From contig NW_027271873.1 in assembly GCF_040938485.1 (NCBI RefSeq), forward strand, positions 248,001 to 312,000: a DNA stretch of 64,000 bases, in the 5' to 3' direction. This DNA comes from Diadema antillarum (lineage: Eukaryota). Of the stretch, positions 60,749 to 64,000 are shown in pieces. The notes below the pieces were generated by a model. It worked only from the letters and a program-made list of their open reading frames with translations, ran no database searches and was not told where the DNA came from. The translations under genes were made by a program, and so were the position numbers. The number at the start of each line of letters is the position of its first letter. Within the stretch, counting starts at the first letter, position 1.

Positions 60749-61131
60749 TATTACTGGACACGATTTTCGCAATGAAATAATCGACATCTTTTGCACCTAA
60801 TCCTTGCACCAGAATCACAATTTATCCCACAAATCACCGTACACATTCTCACCGAGCGGATGACAAAGAAAAAATCGGCAAATGAGGCTCAAATTTCGTA
60901 TTTTACAGTAAAATGTCTGTCTTGAACATTTCGAACAGTTCACGCAATAAAACATTGTGAGAAAATTGACAACTGGTTAGACTCTACTTCTAGTTTACGT
61001 GCTTTGTCTATGGGAGCTGCACGCATGGGTGATGAGTTGCGGGCCCCTTAGCGCACAATTATTCCGCATCGTTGGCGTTTGAGGACGATAGCTACAAATT
61101 TCCGATATCGATCAGTGAACTTTTGGTTCTA

Positions 61132-63214
61132 CAGTGAAACCCCGTTATAACGAGTTCGGTTATAACGAGGAACCGCTTATAACGAGGTGATCGCGTCGGT
61201 CCCGTTTTCCTGTGCGTGTAAACCTATGGCAGAGCGAATCGGTTATAACGAGTTCGGTTATAACGAGATTCCGGTTATAACGAGGACAATTTCGGTAAAT
61301 CATGATAAAGAAAAACATAAGCAATTTGATCGGATATAACGAGGTTCCATTTCTTGACCAAATTGCCGTTTTCAAATGCGCGACAAACGAAACATTGAAA
61401 ACCGAATTCACGCTATCCACATCTTTTCCCGTTTTGCAGAGAACCGTTCCTTCCATGTTTTCTTCTTAATCACGCGATAAGACACAGGAATACCTTTTGA
61501 TGTTCCTACTAAATCATTAAACATAATCATTCGATTTTCTTTTTCGCGAGAAACGCGTGCGTGATATGAGGTCAGACCACAGCGCAACGAGAAAAAAAAA
61601 ATAGATAACGCATTTAAAAACTTTTCATGTAGCGACAATTGTGACCAAAAATGGACAATTGGAATGCGTGTCCAACTCATCATTATATCCTTTCAAATTT
61701 TAGTTCCGACTTCCAGTTCTTTTGCTGGTTTTGAGCAAATATGAGTTTTGATGATTAAAGCCGAAATAATAAAATCATCGCCCCGATCCCGCCGGGTGAC
61801 AGTAGCGTTAAAATAGTCGAGTAACGCATGTTAACCTACTTATTCGGTGTTCAGAAAAAGAAACAAACGCAATTTTATTAGTTTGAATAGATCTGAATTT
61901 GTTCATTATCATTTAACAAATTATAATTTGAATACGAGTGTGCCGCCAGGTATGATCAAAGCAGAAATAATTAGTGAAATCATCGCGATCCCGCCGGGTG
62001 ACAGTAGGGTAAAAAATAGTTGAATAACGCATGTTCAGCTACTAAATCGGTGTTCAGAAAAAGAAACAAACGCATTTATTATAGTTTGAATAGATATGGA
62101 TTTGTTCATTATCATTTAGCGAATGATAATTTAGATATGAGAGTGTATGATTAAGGCCGCAATAATTAATGAAATCATCGCGATCTCGCCGGGTGACAGT
62201 AGCGTAAAATAGTTGAATAACGCATGTTAACCTACTTTATCGGTGCTCGGAAAAAGAAACAAACGCATTCAACAGTACAAGAACGGATGTACAAAACACG
62301 AAGAGATTTCCGGAAGAAAATAAAGAACGCATTTTTAATCCCTTCGCGTGCAACGATCATACATTGTATGAAATTACAGCCAAATGATTCATGAAATCAT
62401 CGAATTCCCGCTGGGCACCAACAGCGTAATTAATATACCTCGCAAGTTAGCGGTAAACAACGCACGTATACCACTCTGAAATCATAGCGATCTCGCCAGG
62501 TGACAGTAGCGTAAAAAAAAAGTTGAATGACGCATGTTAACCTAAATCAGAAAAAGAAACAAACGCACTCATTAGTTTGAATAGATCTGGGTTTGTTCAT
62601 TATCACAATTTTAACAATGCATTTCACAATGGTGATTTTTTCTTTCTTTCAGAATGGTCTACCAGGTACAGATTTGCGTAAAAAGGATGACAACCTCCCA
62701 TATTCAATCCTGTCGCATATTTTTCAAGAACGGTTGTACAAAACGCGAAGAGATTTTCGGAAGAAAATAAAGAACGCATTTTTAATCCATTTGGGCGCAA
62801 CGATCATACATTGTACAGCCAAAATGATTCATGAAATCATCGCATTCCCGCTGGGCACCAACAGCGTAAAAATACCTAGCAAGTTACGGTAAACAAGGCC
62901 TGTATGTTACTCTATATTTGCGCTGGTGTTTAGAAAAAGCTTAACAAACAAGAATTGCAATAAAGAATTAACGTATCATTTCAGCCCCTATTTCTTCGTC
63001 TAATTCACAAATAATTTCCCTTTATTCTCTCAATAATAACGCTCAATAATTGTGTAATAACAACGCAAAGGATATGTTCTTAAGTTTCATTGGGGTATAT
63101 GACGTCATGCTTATGTTTTTCTTTGTTTTTGATGCGTACGGTTATAACGAGGTACCGGTTATAACGAGGTAATATCGCCGGTCCCACGGACCTCGTTATA
63201 ACGGGGTTTCACTG
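61132..63214. mobile_element. 2.1-kb non-autonomous Tc1/mariner-type element, TA TSD
   Basis: TA|CAGTGAAACCCCGTTATAACGAG ... CTCGTTATAACGGGGTTTCACTG|TA; many GTTATAACGAG subterminal motifs. Confidence 0.9.
61765..62900. repeat. Composite ~200-bp tandem array
   Basis: AATCATCG-type unit starts at 61773, 61978, 62173, 62395, 62479 and 62835; a second block occurs at about 62280-62430 and 62727-62870. Confidence 0.85.
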
Positions 63215-63590
63215 TACTGGAATCTTCAGCATTTTTCCTGACACATGTGAGTGGGATTTCATAGAATTTTAGTCGCGAAATGTGATTCAAACATGCATAA
63301 ATATTAACTATGATGAGGTGCGGGTCACTAACTTATAACTATAAATTTGAGGTTTTAAAAAATGTGAATTTTTTCGTGCTTTTACATTTTTATGTGGCGT
63401 TTTTTGCGATTTCGGTCCACACAAAGTTCTGTGAGGCTAATCTACGAAGTCTCGCGCGCACAGAATGTCAGTACGTAGTACGCAAAAATGTGCGTGTCCA
63501 GCAATACCATGCGTCCGGTAATACCATCATGCTTGCCCCTACCACTGCTAGAGTACTACCACCAGTAAATTGAGGATGAGCTGCAGCTGA

Positions 63591-63982
63591 CCAGCGTCAT
63601 GGCCACCGAACTAAAACATAGTGGAATGCGTGTCCCTATTCCCAACATACACGAGACCATGCAGCCAAATTACCGTATTGCGTCGCCCTCTTGCTAGGGC
63701 AATTTTTCCTTATATGGAGTGCACGCTTAGGTGCGGTCAGACTGGGCCACTGGTACGCGCGCAAGCAAGAGTACGCCGTCCAGCAGTGGCTAGTGATTAC
63801 GACGTAACAATGGCAATGCACGTTTGTACATGACAATGGTCTTGCGCTTCGGAGACACAGCCCGCATTCTATATAAGGAAAAATTGCCCTAGCAAAATGG
63901 CGGTGGTAGCAAGTTTTGGTGGCTGCGTATTTCCTGGGTGAACACGCATTCCACTGTTTTAGTTCGGTGGTCATGGCTGGCC
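63591..63982. mobile_element. Palindromic MITE
   Basis: CATGGCCACCGAACTAAAAC..GTGGAATGCGTG and TTGCTAGGGCAATTTTTCCTTATAT blocks mirrored at 63870-63982. Confidence 0.8.
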
Positions 63983-64000
63983 CATGCAGCCAAATAAGGA

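Overview
This is eukaryotic, intron-rich animal genomic DNA. The repeat families suggest a marine invertebrate, probably an echinoderm or other ambulacrarian; this is inference only. Four protein-coding genes were reconstructed by hand with GT-AG boundaries and consistent phases. KRR1 is on + (8 coding exons, 8291-19975, 353 aa) and NDUFA9 is on - (10 exons, 45004-27083, 378 aa). An intronless TXNL4A/Dim1 on + (45900-46328) lies head-to-head with NDUFA9, and a single-exon PGAP4/TMEM246-like GPI GalNAc-transferase is on - (57355-55913). The rest is dense with mostly non-autonomous transposons: Kolobok-type TTAA elements, piggyBac-type MITEs, Tc1/mariner-type TA MITEs, Helentron-associated elements, a hAT/P-like family, a CR1/L2 fragment and a tRNA-SINE. 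There is no CRISPR array, rRNA or intact tRNA. The most unusual observations are: (i) a young, fully palindromic 738-bp foldback element with a 4-bp TSD in two near-identical copies; (ii) palindromes with unrelated arms that share an identical 19-bp core, one just downstream of a Crypton-like ORF tail; (iii) transposons inserted inside splice donors; (iv) satellites carried inside TIR elements; (v) an intronless spliceosomal gene. No intact novel protein-coding system could be supported. All homology calls are from recognition of sequences, not from database searches.
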